Positions 50,401-64,000 of a DNA stretch of 64,000 nucleotides are shown here, piece by piece. The stretch is from Phoronis australis (taxonomy: Eukaryota > Animalia > Phoronida): assembly GCA_002633005.1 (NCBI GenBank), contig NMRA01000137.1, positions 744,001 through 808,000 on the forward strand, written 5' to 3'. The translations under genes were made by a program, and so were the position numbers. The notes under the pieces were generated by a model. The model had not been told where the DNA came from, did not search any database, and saw only the letters and a list, made by a program, of their open reading frames with translations. Every line of letters begins with the position of its first letter. Position 1 is the first letter of the stretch.

Positions 50401-53277
50401 ATGTCGCCCGTACATCTCGGGTTTTCTCACAAGAAACTTAGTCTGCTCAACTCTACCCATTTATTTAGATGCCTTTGTTTCCGTCATACATTCCTAAATG
50501 ATTTTACTACTTCCTTAAACATATAGCCTCACAACAAGGAAAAGAAACAAAAATATTTACACATCGAAAACAGGAATAACTAGAAACGATGTGTTAAACA
50601 ATGGACAAAACCAACTCGCTGGAAAGGACCAGGGGTAACCACACCGTGGATGGAATGAACTGCTGTATCAATCAGAAATGGGTTTCTTTCTTTCATAGGT
50701 TTTTTATAACCGGTGACAGTATTCCGTTTTGGGGCTAAATGGAATCTGGGGTCACATTCATAAATAGTGACTTACAGCAGAAATTTGGTGTATTTCAGAA
50801 AAATAATTCTCACGAGAGCAAAATTGTAAATTTGCTGAAAATAAACACATACAGTAACTGACTAATTGATAGTTACTAAGACAATTTCTATACACTATTT
50901 CTAGACTGTGATGAGCGATTGCCAAGTGGGAGCGTAAGACCAAATTCCGGACTTAAGTCTTAAAGTCACTTTCATGAAATAGGACCTTGGGCTACTTACG
51001 GAGGTGATCACTGAAGAGGGTGCTCACTTCAATGACACACACTCCCAAAAACCCCAGTAACAATAGGAGCAACCAATCCCCCCAGGGTAAGGCCAGGGGA
51101 CAGGCTATCAGACCTTGTCAACAAGTACAAAGAAATACCTAACTAGAAGAGATATCACTGCAAATCTATTGAAGAGAGCTTTCACAAACAGGACTGGTAG
51201 ACCCCAACACAATACCCTTATTATCAGCATTACTCAATATAAACTGGTTGCCTATGATGCCTGTTTGTTTAATTCCCTGATAATGCCACCAGAAAGTAGT
51301 CCATTGCTGATGTTTGTTCGATTGATAAAACTCTGACTCTAGCACAAAGAACAGCCATCCAACTCAGCTTAAGCCTTTGTTTACCACTGTCAAAACAAGT
51401 AAACAGCGCCCAACAATACCAAATTGTTTGGTCTATTTATCAAAAATGGCATTGCCATGGCAACAGCCAATTCTAGACATGCAATGGCTTTGTTTGGACC
51501 ACATAGATTGGAGCATATAGCATGATCTTTAAATAAAAGTTGATAGTGACTCAAGCAGTTTAACAAATGTTTGATCAGCCTTCTCAATGTGAATCATAAT
51601 AAGGGACTGAACAAAGGAAGAGATTCTTGACAGGAGACTCATGTCAATTTTGAATGCAAAAGCCGGTAGCGTTCTTACGAAAAAGTACAGAGCCGAGCAA
51701 CATTTCAAGCAACATTTTGCAGACGTGATGCATCCAGGAAACTTCACTTTTTATTCGGGAAACTGTTTTGCACTAAGAGCTCAGAATAAATCATATTTTG
51801 AGCTTTACTCATCACAATCGGAAGATGACATCACTATTTAGTATGCATGGGAATGACACAAAAGAAACAAATGTAAAATGAAGTGAAATTAGACCACTAG
51901 GTGGCACAGTGAGCAAACATGAAAGTACTAAAATATCTGCCAAATATCAATTCCATTCTTTTAACTTTTTCTGCAGCACGTTAACAGACTTGAGATTTTC
52001 ATTCAAGTTCTGTAGAAAACTTCAAAAATGCACAGTTATCCATTTGAGGTCACAGCTGAAGTGAACAAAGGCTTTATATCTTTATCATGTCACTTACTGA
52101 ATAAGTAAACACCCTGGTGTTTATTCAGCACATTTTCCAGTCTGATAGAGGGAACACAGAGCAGGAATGCTTGTCAACTAGAAGTATAGACTGTTTGTAA
52201 CTATTCCCTCCCCTCTTCTCCCGGGCCTTTCCCACTTGTTCCAAAGCTTCAGTGTCGCTGAACCTTTGGTCAATGGGAACACTTACCTTGGGTCTTGAAT
52301 CAATGATAGTAGCGCGAGATAGCTCCAAAGTAAAGAGGTGGATTTAACATCCAAATGGCGAGGCTTCGCTACAACGGGAACCCTTAATTGCGATGCCATC
52401 GGAGTTATGAGCAGGCGTCACTGCCTGCATTTGTCAACAGCGGGCAGTGATTGATTACTATTTGCTAATATTTTGTTCTAATTATTACTTAGGTAGCATA
52501 AGCATTGTGTTTCAACTGGTCTCCATATTTCCTGGATTCTTTATAATAAAAAATCACAGAACGCAAAGTGCATGTAAAACGAGTTGATCACACCATACCA
52601 TACTGCCTTTAGCTGTTAGTCTACTGAAGAGTTGATTTTTTCACGTGTCATTTTCTAGTACATCATCGGCTTCCCAACGTGTCAACCGTTGGTGCCTTGT
52701 AAACATGACATACTAGTTTCCATAAGGGGAGAGGGAGAGGTCCTTGCTATTTTTGATGGCAAAAATAGCAAGGCATACGACAAAGGTCATATTCATAACT
52801 TCGCTGAACTAACTCCGAAGCCGATGGAAACACTGAATGCTAACCATTGTGCTTAACCACAGTTATATTGAAGCTTCGGTAGTAGCGAAGTTAACTGTAT
52901 GGGAAAGGGCTTCTAGGAAGCGAGCTCTACGAAAAATTGTGTCATAAAATCAGAGTGATGCTCGTTTTCAGTCCTGCTTAGACTTCAAATCTTCGTTGAA
53001 GGTTGAGACACGATCTTATTCAACAAGTCGTATTCAGATACATACAGTAGCCCTATCAACAATAGTTGTATTTATGGAAGCCAGGTGTAAACCCACTGTT
53101 ACCACGGGCGGGCACTCTTACCAAACACACACCGCAAAAACTCTCAATTACCTAACACAAAACAAAAAATCCTACTGTGTAACCTGAATTCCAACCACGC
53201 TCAGGCGTAGACAACTATACAAGTGATCCAAAATACAACACATAGAAACTGGGCAATACATTCCAATCACTTGTACA

Positions 53278-54523
53278 AACAAGAGCAATGCAGAGCGTTG
53301 AAATGCGCCCACGAATGCACCGCAAACGATGTGCTTCTAGGGGTGTTTGTATGGAACACAAAAATGGTCACTAGATGACGCAAAATAAGTCCAATCCATC
53401 AGAAATTTCATAAATATCCATCAAGGAACTTCTGAGAAATTGCAAGAGGAAAACGAAAAAGATGAAACTGTCGGTAGGAGGCTATAGGCTCGAAAAAACA
53501 TAACTGCCACTAAGAGGCACCACAGCAGATGAAGTTGTTGGAAAATCGTCAGTCTTCCTCTTCACATTAGGAACAATAACATGTCAATTTCCACAACTAT
53601 TCTTAGAGTGGTTTGGTTGACAGAGGGACAGACGCCAATTAACAAGACTTGACAACAGTAAAAATGACCATTAGGTGTTGCAAAATACAACGGATCAAAC
53701 CGAAAACCGAAGGATAGCGTCAGCTCACTAATAGATGCCTATCTTCCAAATTTTATGAAAATCCGCTGAGAACCTTTGAAGTAACAGTGGTGAAACTAAA
53801 AATAAAATTGCCAACTAAAGGGCGCACCGGTAGTCTGATCCATCCGAAAGTCATCGTCATTTGTTGTCAAGTTCAAATACACTTGACTTGCTAAATTCAA
53901 TAAAGATCTTGCAGTGGGTTTAGGAGATACAGCCATGGGCATAAAAAACTGCCATTAGGAGGCGCGCCACAGTTAGCGAGGACATCAGAAAATCATCGTC
54001 AGCCTTCCTCTTCATATAAGGCACATACATGCCAACTTCTTCAATCATCCATAGACTGGTTTGGTTGACAGAGGGGCAGATGCCAAAAACAGACCAGAAA
54101 AACAGTAAAAATGGCCACTAGGTGGTGCAAAATGTCTCGAATTCAACTGAAAACCTGATGATAACGTCACATCACTAATCGATGCCCAACTGTCAAAGCA
54201 CCTCGAATCAATCTAAAAATGGAAGGATGGCATCATCTCAGTAATAGATGCATAAATGACAATTTTCATGAAATCCGTAGAGGACCTCCTAAGACACAGA
54301 GGTAAGCGTAAAAAAATAAATTGCCACTAGGGGGCCCACAGGTAGATGGAGTGGTTAGAAATTTGGCGTCATCTGCCATCAGCGTCGTGGGAACACATCA
54401 GCTAAATCTCATCACGATCCTGGGAGGGGTTTAGGAGATACAGCTGCGGACGCTTGATGATGGACGCCCAGACTGAGATGACAGCAATATGCAACCACAT
54501 ATAAATATGTGAGTGCATAAAAA
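53278..54523 (+). mobile_element. Non-autonomous Helentron/HINE-like element with internal ~150-bp tandem array
   Basis: 5' AACAAGAGC; recurring TGCCACTAG(R)GG units with a ~445-bp higher-order period (53505 vs 53949); 3' hairpin ATGCAACCACATA-TAAA-TATGTGAGTGCAT followed by an A run. Confidence 0.7.
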
Positions 54524-54867
54524 TGTGTGAGGTAAGAGTACCCTCTCCGATTGTGGTTGGGGTTCAGGTTCCACGGTAAGTGTCCTTTTGTATGGTAAAT
54601 TATTTGAGCTGTTTTGTACAGGTGGTTTCAACCTCCCACATAAAGTTTTCTCAGGAATAAGATAAAATTGCAATACCGGCCCAGTTTAATTTTTACACAA
54701 CATTACCCGAGTCTCCATCACGTTGATTTTAAAACGAAGATGAAAACGTGACTGACTGACGTTTGATATGTCAAGACCAAAAAGCACAGTTGGTTCTAGT
54801 TTGTTCTTTTTTAGACAATCAAGTCCATGGTGAGAAAAAGCAAAACTAACGCGAGATTTGTTTTCTT

Positions 54868-55367
54868 CAGGGCTTGGAATGACCAATGACAAAAAAAGCG
54901 GAAACTTTTACGGCCCAAATCAGGCCCGCTAACCAGCCTTGAAATGGTCAATGTGAACCTTTCCTCGACAAAAATCGGGACTAAAAAAAAACAAAAAAAC
55001 GTTACCACCATCAGTAGCATGCGTCTGCGTCCTTTTAGCTCGCCCGTCCACTCCCAACCCACACATTTTTGGCTGCAGAGCGGTAGTATTTGTCGCCGCG
55101 CTTAGCAATAACACGGGACGCCATTGAAAATCCCACCACGCTGTCCCAGATGCCCCGGCAATGTTGACAATTTACGTTCCTCCGAAACATAAAGAGCAAC
55201 TTCCGCTTTTCGAGGTGAACGTTGTCTGCAACGCCGCGGTAAGAAAGGAATTTGCCGCCGAAATTTTATATCAAATCCGATTTTTTTACTCGGAAATATT
55301 AAAAAAAGCGGAAAGCACATTTGAAAAAAGCGGAAATCCGCGTTTCCACGGAAAATTCCAAGCCCTG
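54868..55367. mobile_element. ~500-bp MITE (TIR CAGGGCTTGGAAT), apparent 6-bp TSD TTTCTT
   Basis: TTTCTT|CAGGGCTTGGAAT ... ATTCCAAGCCCTG|TTTCTT; same family as 39436. Confidence 0.88.
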
Positions 55368-55499
55368 TTTCTTACCCATTGTTTGGAAAATCATGGCGTT
55401 CCAAACCTAGCTTAACTATGCTTCCATGTATTTGTGCAGTTTTTCAACAAACACCAGACCTTGGCTGAATTGATGCCGGCAGATGTTTCAAAAAGATAC

Positions 55500-56130
55500 A
55501 GAAACAACTCCTAGGGTAAGATACTGGTACAAATTTTGTCATGTACAAAGATAACTTTAATTGCCACCTGGTGATCTCACAGTTCCAGCTTTTCTCAAAA
55601 TCAACATCAGATGTGGCGTCCTTAATAGGAACATGTATCAAAATTTCATGAAATCCATAAAAATTGGTAGATGTCAAGTCAGAAGTAAAAACAAAATTAC
55701 AACTAGGGGGCCCCACAAGTCGCACCTGTCCCAAAATCAATATCAGCATACTTTCTTCAGCATGAATACAATTCTAAATTCCAAATGAACCTCAGAGTGG
55801 CTTGGCAGAGATGGACACCAAAAAGAATCAAAAACAATAAAGATGACCACAATAGGAGGCACCAAATATCCCAAATCCATCCACAACTGAGAAGGTATGT
55901 TATCGTCTTGATAGAAACTTCTTTGCCAATTGGTTTGCAAATCCCTCAAAAACAACTAATGGCAGATACAGAGTCAAATGCAAAAGCCTAAAATTGACAT
56001 TAGGGGGCACAGCAGTAGCCAGATCCGTCCAAAAGGCATTGTCATCCATTAACAGATTAATAAGAATAAATAAGAATAAATTTCATGAAGTCACCCCCAT
56101 GGAGCTTAGGAAAACAGTACTGAGTAGAAC
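55500..56130 (+). repeat. Degenerate ~148-bp tandem array related to the HINE internal repeats
   Basis: Motif AATTGCCACYWGG/ACTAGGGGGC recurs near 55561, 55702, 55851 and 56000. Confidence 0.55.
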
Positions 56131-59130
56131 TCACTGGTCACCAGGCAGCCAACATTATGGGTCTAAAACGGTTATTTAAAGAAATTTGGATAAAAAGTGA
56201 GTGAATTCATGTTAGACACTGAAGAATGGCTACTCAGCAACCTTTATTTTCCTACCTTACAGTTGTGAAGAACATATTTTCCAGTGCAATGCAAAGATTG
56301 TCATCTACTTGACAATAGTCTCCTAAACACCTTGGGGCTAAGGGTGTTTATGGGCCAAGGATTACTATTCACTAACAAAAGTGTGACAATTTCCTAAGGT
56401 GGGGTTCAGGGTGACAGTAGACTGAATGATATTGCCAATAAAAGTGTACTGGAAACTGGACATCTGTATGTTCCAAGCTGATGTAACAGAAACAACTTGA
56501 CCTTGGATGTCTTTTGGTCCTAAGATCAAAATATACAGCAAAAAATGATGTTTTGCACAAGTGTTGAAAAACAATCACAATGATTATCACTTAGTTTTGA
56601 TATCACTTTTGGAGGTTCCCCTGTGACTTTTGCAGGTTTGCACTAGAAATTCTCATGAATATACAATAAGCTGGTCACAGTATGTTCCTACATGGTACAT
56701 ATTATTTCATAAAGATATCATAAAGAGGCTTGAACACTGACAAAAAATAACCAGGATTTTGCAGTCACTTATGAACATGTAAATTTCTTCCAACTTCACA
56801 AAATAGCAGTCAACTTTCTATTTTTTCTACAGGAAAAATTCCCTTTAATGAGGACTGTTTGATCGAAAACAGTCTGGTTAGGTAACCATTACATAAAATT
56901 TGTCTTTACCAAAAGTGGGAAAAATGACTTTTTTAACTGATCATTTTTGCAATTACTTGTAATTTTGTCCAATTCTGCTTTTCCTTTCTGCAAATTTTTT
57001 TCAAATCTGAAATCCAGAGCTGATCCGTCAAACTGTGCCAGTCTCTATAAAAATTCTCAGAAATGTCTTCCCAACTCCCCTAAACCAAAACTACCAATTA
57101 CATTTTTTTATACTATTTTACCCGAAACACAATTAAGCTCAGCTCAGCAGTGAGAATGCCACACCTGTGCCTTACCTGGTATCAGAACGACAAATTTACA
57201 GGTAGTATATACTCATTCCACATCAAGATAAGGTGTTTGAAGTACAGCTGACTTCCACTAATGAGGACAGCTAGCGAATAGATTCCAACTTCACCACCTG
57301 ATGTCTCTGGCGGAGTCAGTGACCAGCAGTTGCAATGGCGAACATCCAAAATTAAATAATACTAACTAATGTCAACAGAGCATAAAAACAACTCAATCCC
57401 AAATTCTAGAGGGCATGGCAAGCTGACTTGATGACTATGTAACATAATTTTTGTCGTTTACAGACATTTCACGATGCTAGCTTTTTAGCGCTTTGAATTT
57501 CCATCCACCTCACCCTGATAAACCGATTATCATAGCGACAAAATGCCAAGTTTTCCACAAGGAATTCCAGGTTTAAAGCAGCAGCACAGGGAACACATGG
57601 ACATTGAATGTCTAACTCCCACATCAGTCTTTAGTCTTACATGGTGTATCCCTTCCCTAGGTTAACACTGGGGACGTTCTGAACAATTTGCAGCATGTTT
57701 GTTTATTTTACAAAAGCCTGTAAATGTTAGCCTTAGGTAATGTGATACCAAGCAATCTGGTTTTAAATCATTGAGTGACTGTGTATGTCTAACACAAGCT
57801 TGTGTGCACAAACACAATCAGTGGTTTATTTATTGAGAAAATGCCATCTCATCCCTTTGTATACCATGTTGTTTATTTATAGCGATAAAAATCGGTCTCA
57901 ACATGGCTGGGGGCTTTGGTAGCCTAGGCTTTTATCAGGCTCTTATTGATTTTTTAGAGTTGCCTCAGATGAAATTTTGATAATTTCTGCTGTTATTTAT
58001 AGTTGGGCAAATGTTTGTCTAAAGATCCATCACGTGTGTTTACTCAGGGTATTAGACCACATCCAGACAAACAGCTCACTGCCTCAGTCTTAGACATCTC
58101 ATTCAGCCAGTCAACTGAATAATGGAAGGAAGAAGTGAACAAGAGAGAAACCAGCGTTTTCTCACTGAGGTGGATGACAACCAACGTGACAAACAAATTC
58201 CGTTCCTTCTATCCCACCCTTCCAGCTACTACTCCAAAACAGGCCTCGTTTTCACGCAAATCCTTAATGCCACATTCAATTCTCCTCGCCCAACTAAATC
58301 AACAATAAATGAGGTATCACAATTTGTGCCTTCACCTTAGCATAAATCCCTCTGGAAATGACAAACTAAAACTGGCCAGTGGCCAACCTGTGGCACCACA
58401 GCAATATCATAACAGGAGGGGAGTGACTTAAGCAACCCACCCCCCTCCCCCAGTTTTCAATGCATGTTTTAGGGCGTCACATGGATCTCTATACCCGACC
58501 AATTTTGTGAGGAAGTGCAGCACTAAATGTCTCATGACAACTTTGAACAGAGCGGGGACTCATTTCCTCAATCTGGTTCCATAGTTTGGACCGTTCATTC
58601 CAGAACCTTAAAACAAGTGCTTCAACACAAATACAGGACACTGACCTGGGGCAAATGGATCAGGTTCAAGTTGCTCTTCTTCCAAAAGGTGGGGTAAATC
58701 GCCACACCAGTGACATAATGTGCAAGGTTAGACAAGCTGAGAGCACTTTTAGTGACCACCACAAAATGGACACCCCACTTTCCAGTGTTCGCATCAACAG
58801 AAAGTTCGAGTTCGACAGCAACTAATAAATTCACGAACATGTTCCAAATTAAGTCGATATCTATGGCTGGGGATGTATACAACCCTACAACTCCATATAA
58901 TTAACCGGTGCCAATCATTCAAAATGTGTGGTGAATTTACCTTAACATCATTCAACAAAGAATGGACTCACTGGAGACAGCCCAAGAGTTGTTATCTCTG
59001 CGGCGAAGGATGTTAAAGTTGAGTCTCCGATGAGTTGCCAGCAGTCACTGGTACGGTGCGCGGCTTTAGACGCTCTGCGGCTGGGTTAAAGATCTTTTAT
59101 AGGCCTAACTATCCCCAATTCCCGTACCAG

Positions 59131-59531
59131 GGCCCGGTCTCCAATCTTTTTACTCGAAATGGAACTCGAAATTAGGTTTGGCATTTTCTACTCTACTTTT
59201 GGGTGAACTCAAGATAATTGTCTATTATTCTATGCTCGAGTACACAATAACGTACGTAGATAATTTATTGCCCTTAGTTCACAGTTTGTAAACTCGATAT
59301 TAAAGCAATAAGTTCGAGTTTGAACTCGAAATTTCGAGTTGTTACTCGAGTTTGTAGCACGAATATAAGGGTCTTCAAGGGCAAACTTGGACTAGAAACT
59401 CCTATGCATAAACTACAATGTATTCGAGCACAGTCTGATAACCAATTATCTTAAGTTCGCACAAAAGGAGCAGAGAAATTGCCAAAAATAGTTTCGAGTT
59501 CGTTTCGAGTACAAAGATTAGAGACCGGGCC
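59131..59531. mobile_element. PIF/Harbinger MITE, 401 bp, TSD CAG
   Basis: CAG|GGCCCGGTCTCCAATCTTTTTACTCGAAA ... TTTCGAGTACAAAGATTAGAGACCGGGCC|CAG; internal sequence largely fold-back. Confidence 0.85.
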
Positions 59532-60381
59532 CAGGATGAATTTCAAAAATAACTTAACTTGGCTGCGTCAGCTGTGATATGCGACGTTGATGTTGAAATT
59601 GCGCCATATTTTTATGTTGGTTTCCTTTGTTGGTTTATAATTCATATATTGCAATGTAGGCATCCAGGGGAGGCTTGGATGTACTTGACTAGTCTCAAAC
59701 TCGTTGTATTGTTTTTCATAGTCAACACTGGTGAGCTAAATTCATCATGGAAAATGCAAACTTGTTAAAGTGGCAAGTCAGAGTCCGTTACAGAGAACAC
59801 TGCTTTACAATTGTGGTAACTTTATTTTATCTTCCGGGGCCAACTCTGACAATGCTGTGCTGACCAGGACAGAGTACCAACACTTGAAAATCTCTACAGC
59901 GCCGAAGCCAACACCCGTAACTTTCTGGAGAAGCTGATCGTGAAAAATTCTCTCTTCTGAGCGTTATGTCATGTACACCAAGAATTGTAGTGGTTATCCA
60001 CGGGATTAAAACGAATTACTTTTTGAAATTAAGGCCTTGATCATAGTAATGAATTTGTCAAATTTATAACACACTTCCCTTACAATTAGGCGTAGGTCAG
60101 TTGTCTTTATCGACACGATTGCCATACTTGGCCACACGCGGCCACACAAGGATGCACTCTACTGCCCTTCAGTGACTATGCTGAATGCCTGTATCTCAGC
60201 CAGACAGGTAACAGTGTTTGTGCAAAGACCACAACAGTCAAGTTGTAGAAGCCAGGTGTCATTTAGGTAAATAATCAGAACGGAGCCAAGTCAGAGCAAG
60301 ACAACAATACTGCATTTAATCACATCATTTTTAACCGTTAAAGATGGAAAAAGTACTTTTCGGACTCTGTTACATCAATTG

Positions 60382-60812
60382 CAGGGCTCGACATAACGAG
60401 CTGCAGGTCGCATTTGCGACCTGAAATTTGGAAATGCGAGCTGAGATTTTTGTCAGCTCGTATCAAGTCGCAAAATGCGACCTGGAATTTCCATCGAATG
60501 CGAGCTGAGTTTTTACACTTCTCAACAGATACCTGGCAAATACAAAGCAGCTCTTGTTAATCCGACCGTTATTTGGTCGCTGCCAAATCCAAGTTCAAAA
60601 CAACACTATCGGGGACAGCCCTTCCGATGACTTGTAAGCAAGTCGCGTGAACATGGGATATGCAGTATCGATATTCGACGCGTATCATTGGCTAACACTT
60701 TCGGCCACTTTTGTAAATTCCCGGATTCGCCGAAGAAAGTTTCGGGCCACTGCTTAACACGTGATAAAACTTCACAAAACAACGCTGTTTCTACTAATTC
60801 TTAAGCGATTAA
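60382..60812. mobile_element. Left end of a hAT-like element (CAGGGCTCGAC), interrupted at the N at 60813
   Basis: Terminus and TGCGACCTG/TGCGAGCTG subterminal repeats shared with the element ending at 893. Confidence 0.55.
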
Positions 60813-63800
60813 NGATCCACAATAACATACTATAACTATTACAAGTCCCGTAATTCTTCAAATATTTTGCACCAAAATAATTGCCAAAATGGTGCTTTTT
60901 ACATTTTTCAATGGCTGATTTGCAAACGATATGAATTTTAGTAAAATGCTAGAAATATAATGAAATGTTCTCCATCTTTTAATTTTATAGACAAATTTAT
61001 CAACATGAATTTCACTTGTCGGTCATATTGTATGCTAAATAAACACAGAATAACTGTGTGACCACTACAGCTTTCAAAATTCACAACCAGATCGTAGGAT
61101 GTAGCGAGGGGACTCAACTACAATATCCGTTTTTGGCCCTTGATGAGACCACATGACTACTGCCAAATCTGGATGTGCTTAGGCAACAATACATAATGCA
61201 CTTTCCTCATAGGCCGTCATAATTGGCCAGCACCAGTGAAAAACCAGCAGGGGTCAAAGATACTATTAGTAAACCTTAAAATTCAATGAAACGTACAATT
61301 TCTTACAAGATACATTTGCAATTGGTAAAAATCATTCACGAGGACATTTTTGCAAGTGCACAAGCATGTAATCAGAAGTCAATGAACCTTGGACATGTTG
61401 AGTCATACCCAAACACAGCAGTTTCCTGCATGTCGAGTTCGACACGATTTTCTTTAAAATTCATTTTTGCGATGAAACATCATTCAGCGGTAATTCCAAA
61501 AGGCATGCTCACAAATGTCGGGCTGATCTGTAAGCCATATAAGTAAAAAGTGTCTTTATGAAAAGAGAAGCTGCATTGTTCGGATGAAACAGTTTTCAAA
61601 GAAACCCGTCAAAGTTATAATAAAAACCCAGACAAAAACAAGAAAAACCAACACGTTTATTATATTTCCAAATTAGGTTGGAAATTTTGCTCAACAATTT
61701 TGCCAATTTTTTAAACAAAGAAATATCGTCAATTTTTTGAAAAGTACTGCAGCCAGAATAACACTAACCAACACTCAATAACATTATTTGGCGTAAGGTA
61801 GATAATTTTTTCGGCATTCAATAACTGTTCTAAAGTGGTCTTAACAGTTATTGTTAACTGTTGGGAAAGGCTTGTTAATTGTTGGGAAAGACTTCGTTGA
61901 CACTCAACAAATGCTCAACGACCAGTTTATAAATCAGCTTCAGAAACGAGGTCAAGTTTTGATAGTGATGACATTTCGGGCCGTTCTTCAAATAATTTTC
62001 ATTCGCTAATAAATGCTACACTAACAGTGGGAACAGATGTATTTAAACAAAAGCCGTCTTATTTTTGTACAAGAGGGATCGTTGTGCTTGCCTGAGCGAT
62101 GCTGAAACATAACTGATCGAAACTGACGAGGTCCAGCGTCACTTGGCCACTGAATGTCCTCTTAGATGCTGAAGTTGAAGTGAAATTGGTCGTTTCGCAA
62201 GTCACGCGTGGTGCATGGATCCGATTGCACGACGTATTAATCCCCACATTAAATTAACACCATCTAAAACTAAACTTCCTTGTTCACTAATTGTTTCCAA
62301 TTTCATTAAAGGGGCATTTTGTCCCCATTTAACTGTCAATTTTGAATTCCTAACTGAAGCGCTCTGGAGTTTAAAAACATTACCATGCCAAATGAGCCAG
62401 CACCTCATGTCACCAGCAATGCATACAAGCACCATTTTCAAAAAAAATGAAATTAACACTTAAGCATTTTCTTGGGTCTCTGATGACTTTCATGCTCTTG
62501 TTAGCAAAAGAAATAGAATTTTATCACGGTAACAAATATTACGAAACCTATTTTATGAGAATAAAAGACCTACAATTCAAGTTTTGTTCTTTTGCAGCTA
62601 AACTGGGCAAAATGCAACTTCACGGATTCCATGTATGTATTTCCGTTTTTTTTACAAAATGCTGTTTTCTCAAATTATGCTTCATAATAATGAAATGAAA
62701 AACATGCGTAGCAACTCAACACCACCAAATAAACATGTACGGAATCATCTTCAAACGAGGCTGCCTTGACATACGTACATTTATCAATTATAGAAACCGA
62801 CAATACTACTTCTGAGCATGCTGTTGATTTTATTTCACAGTTAAACAAAGAACTTTGACAGTGTTCAATACAATGATACTAATTGATGAACTGGTCCTCC
62901 CTAATACTGCTCACAAATGACAAACCTTGGGGCTGCGTCCAAAGTATAATCAGAGATACAATACAGAGATACAAAAATGAGGGATGACACAGGCAAAAAG
63001 AGCTTTCGGTCGGAACACATCACAATTAAACGTTTTGTTTTAATTTGTTTTATTTCACCAATGGTAAAACGGGAAACATGCTAATGCGAAATCACAAAAT
63101 GGCCGAGGGATTTCAGGAACTATATGCTAGACACACTTATCAACCATGAGATCAAGCTTTATGTCCACCAAAAGGATGAAAAAGTGAAATATATCTTGAT
63201 TAGTTAGGTAACACCAAACGCCATCGGTTTAATTAGGATGAGCATGAAATCACGTTGTACTGCTGACTATGACTTGTAGTTTGCTCCAGAATTTCAAATG
63301 TCCCGGGTAGATAAGCTGGCTTCTCGAGACGATATATCATGACAAAATTGCACTACAACACTATTGATATAAGACGACCGAAAGAATGCTATATCAAGTT
63401 TTTAAGATGCCAAGATTACATTTTGAGAAAGGACGGGCTTTAACAACGCAATGTCAGAAGCCTTTGAAAAATCAATGAAGATCAGATTTGATCATTATTT
63501 TTGTGCAAAATGGTTGTAATGGTCAGAAATTTTGTGTGATGTGTCACCCTATTAATAGAGGTAATTGGAAACAGATGCTGAGGTTTGGCTTCAAAATGTT
63601 GATCACCTTTTGGATGCAAGTCAAATGTTTCAATGGAACAAATTTGTAGCCAATGGCAATGAAAACAGAGACTTTTAAAAGACTGGCAGCTGTCATTGTC
63701 TCATGAACATGCGCCACTAATTAGTGTTATTTTATGATACCTGTGTGGAGTTCAAAACGGCATTTGTCATCAATCAGTTTTTTTGTCAACAATATTTTGA

Positions 63801-64000
63801 GCGAAAATCTACATAATGCCAATGACCGGGAACAAAGTTATTGTACATATGTAAGGACCTCAGCACTACAGACATGGTTACTATGGTGATTTACATATGG
63901 AGATAAGCTACTGCACTTAATTTCAAGTCAACAATGACAATGTAACAAAAATTACAGGTGACAAAAATATCCAAGATCATTCCTCAAAGCTTAAATTTTC

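Noticed and set aside
893-60382. One giant transposon bounded by the CAGGGCTCGAC ends
   Set aside because: The ends face outward (right end at 893, left end at 60382), so they belong to two separate copies.

Overview
AT-rich, intron-rich animal (invertebrate-like) genomic DNA; not prokaryotic. Two genes face tail to tail. On the + strand is the 3' part of PPP4R2 (protein phosphatase 4 regulatory subunit 2): five exons from 1995 to 6601, with the start upstream of the window. On the - strand is a FoxP gene, with phase-consistent coding exons from 44895 down to the stop at 12605 (Q-rich region, C2H2 zinc finger, leucine zipper, forkhead); its start exon was not identified with confidence. Main finding: the exon encoding the middle of the forkhead domain is tandemly duplicated (18387-18488 and 17932-18033). 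Both copies are 102 nt, phase 0/0 and intact, 25/34 aa identical with many synonymous changes, which is the signature of mutually exclusive exons. This is a different exon from the one switched in vertebrate FOXP1-ES and insect FoxP-A/B, and it changes the domain-swap hinge residue. I also found a candidate alternative last exon and a candidate 50-nt ATG/poison exon. Introns hold a Kolobok-like THAP element, a three-level nest (Penelope > hAT-like > MITE), Harbinger and Tc1/pogo-like elements and Helentron-like repeat arrays. Two duplications sit at single-N junctions and are probably unmerged haplotypes. All calls were made by eye; no searches were run.
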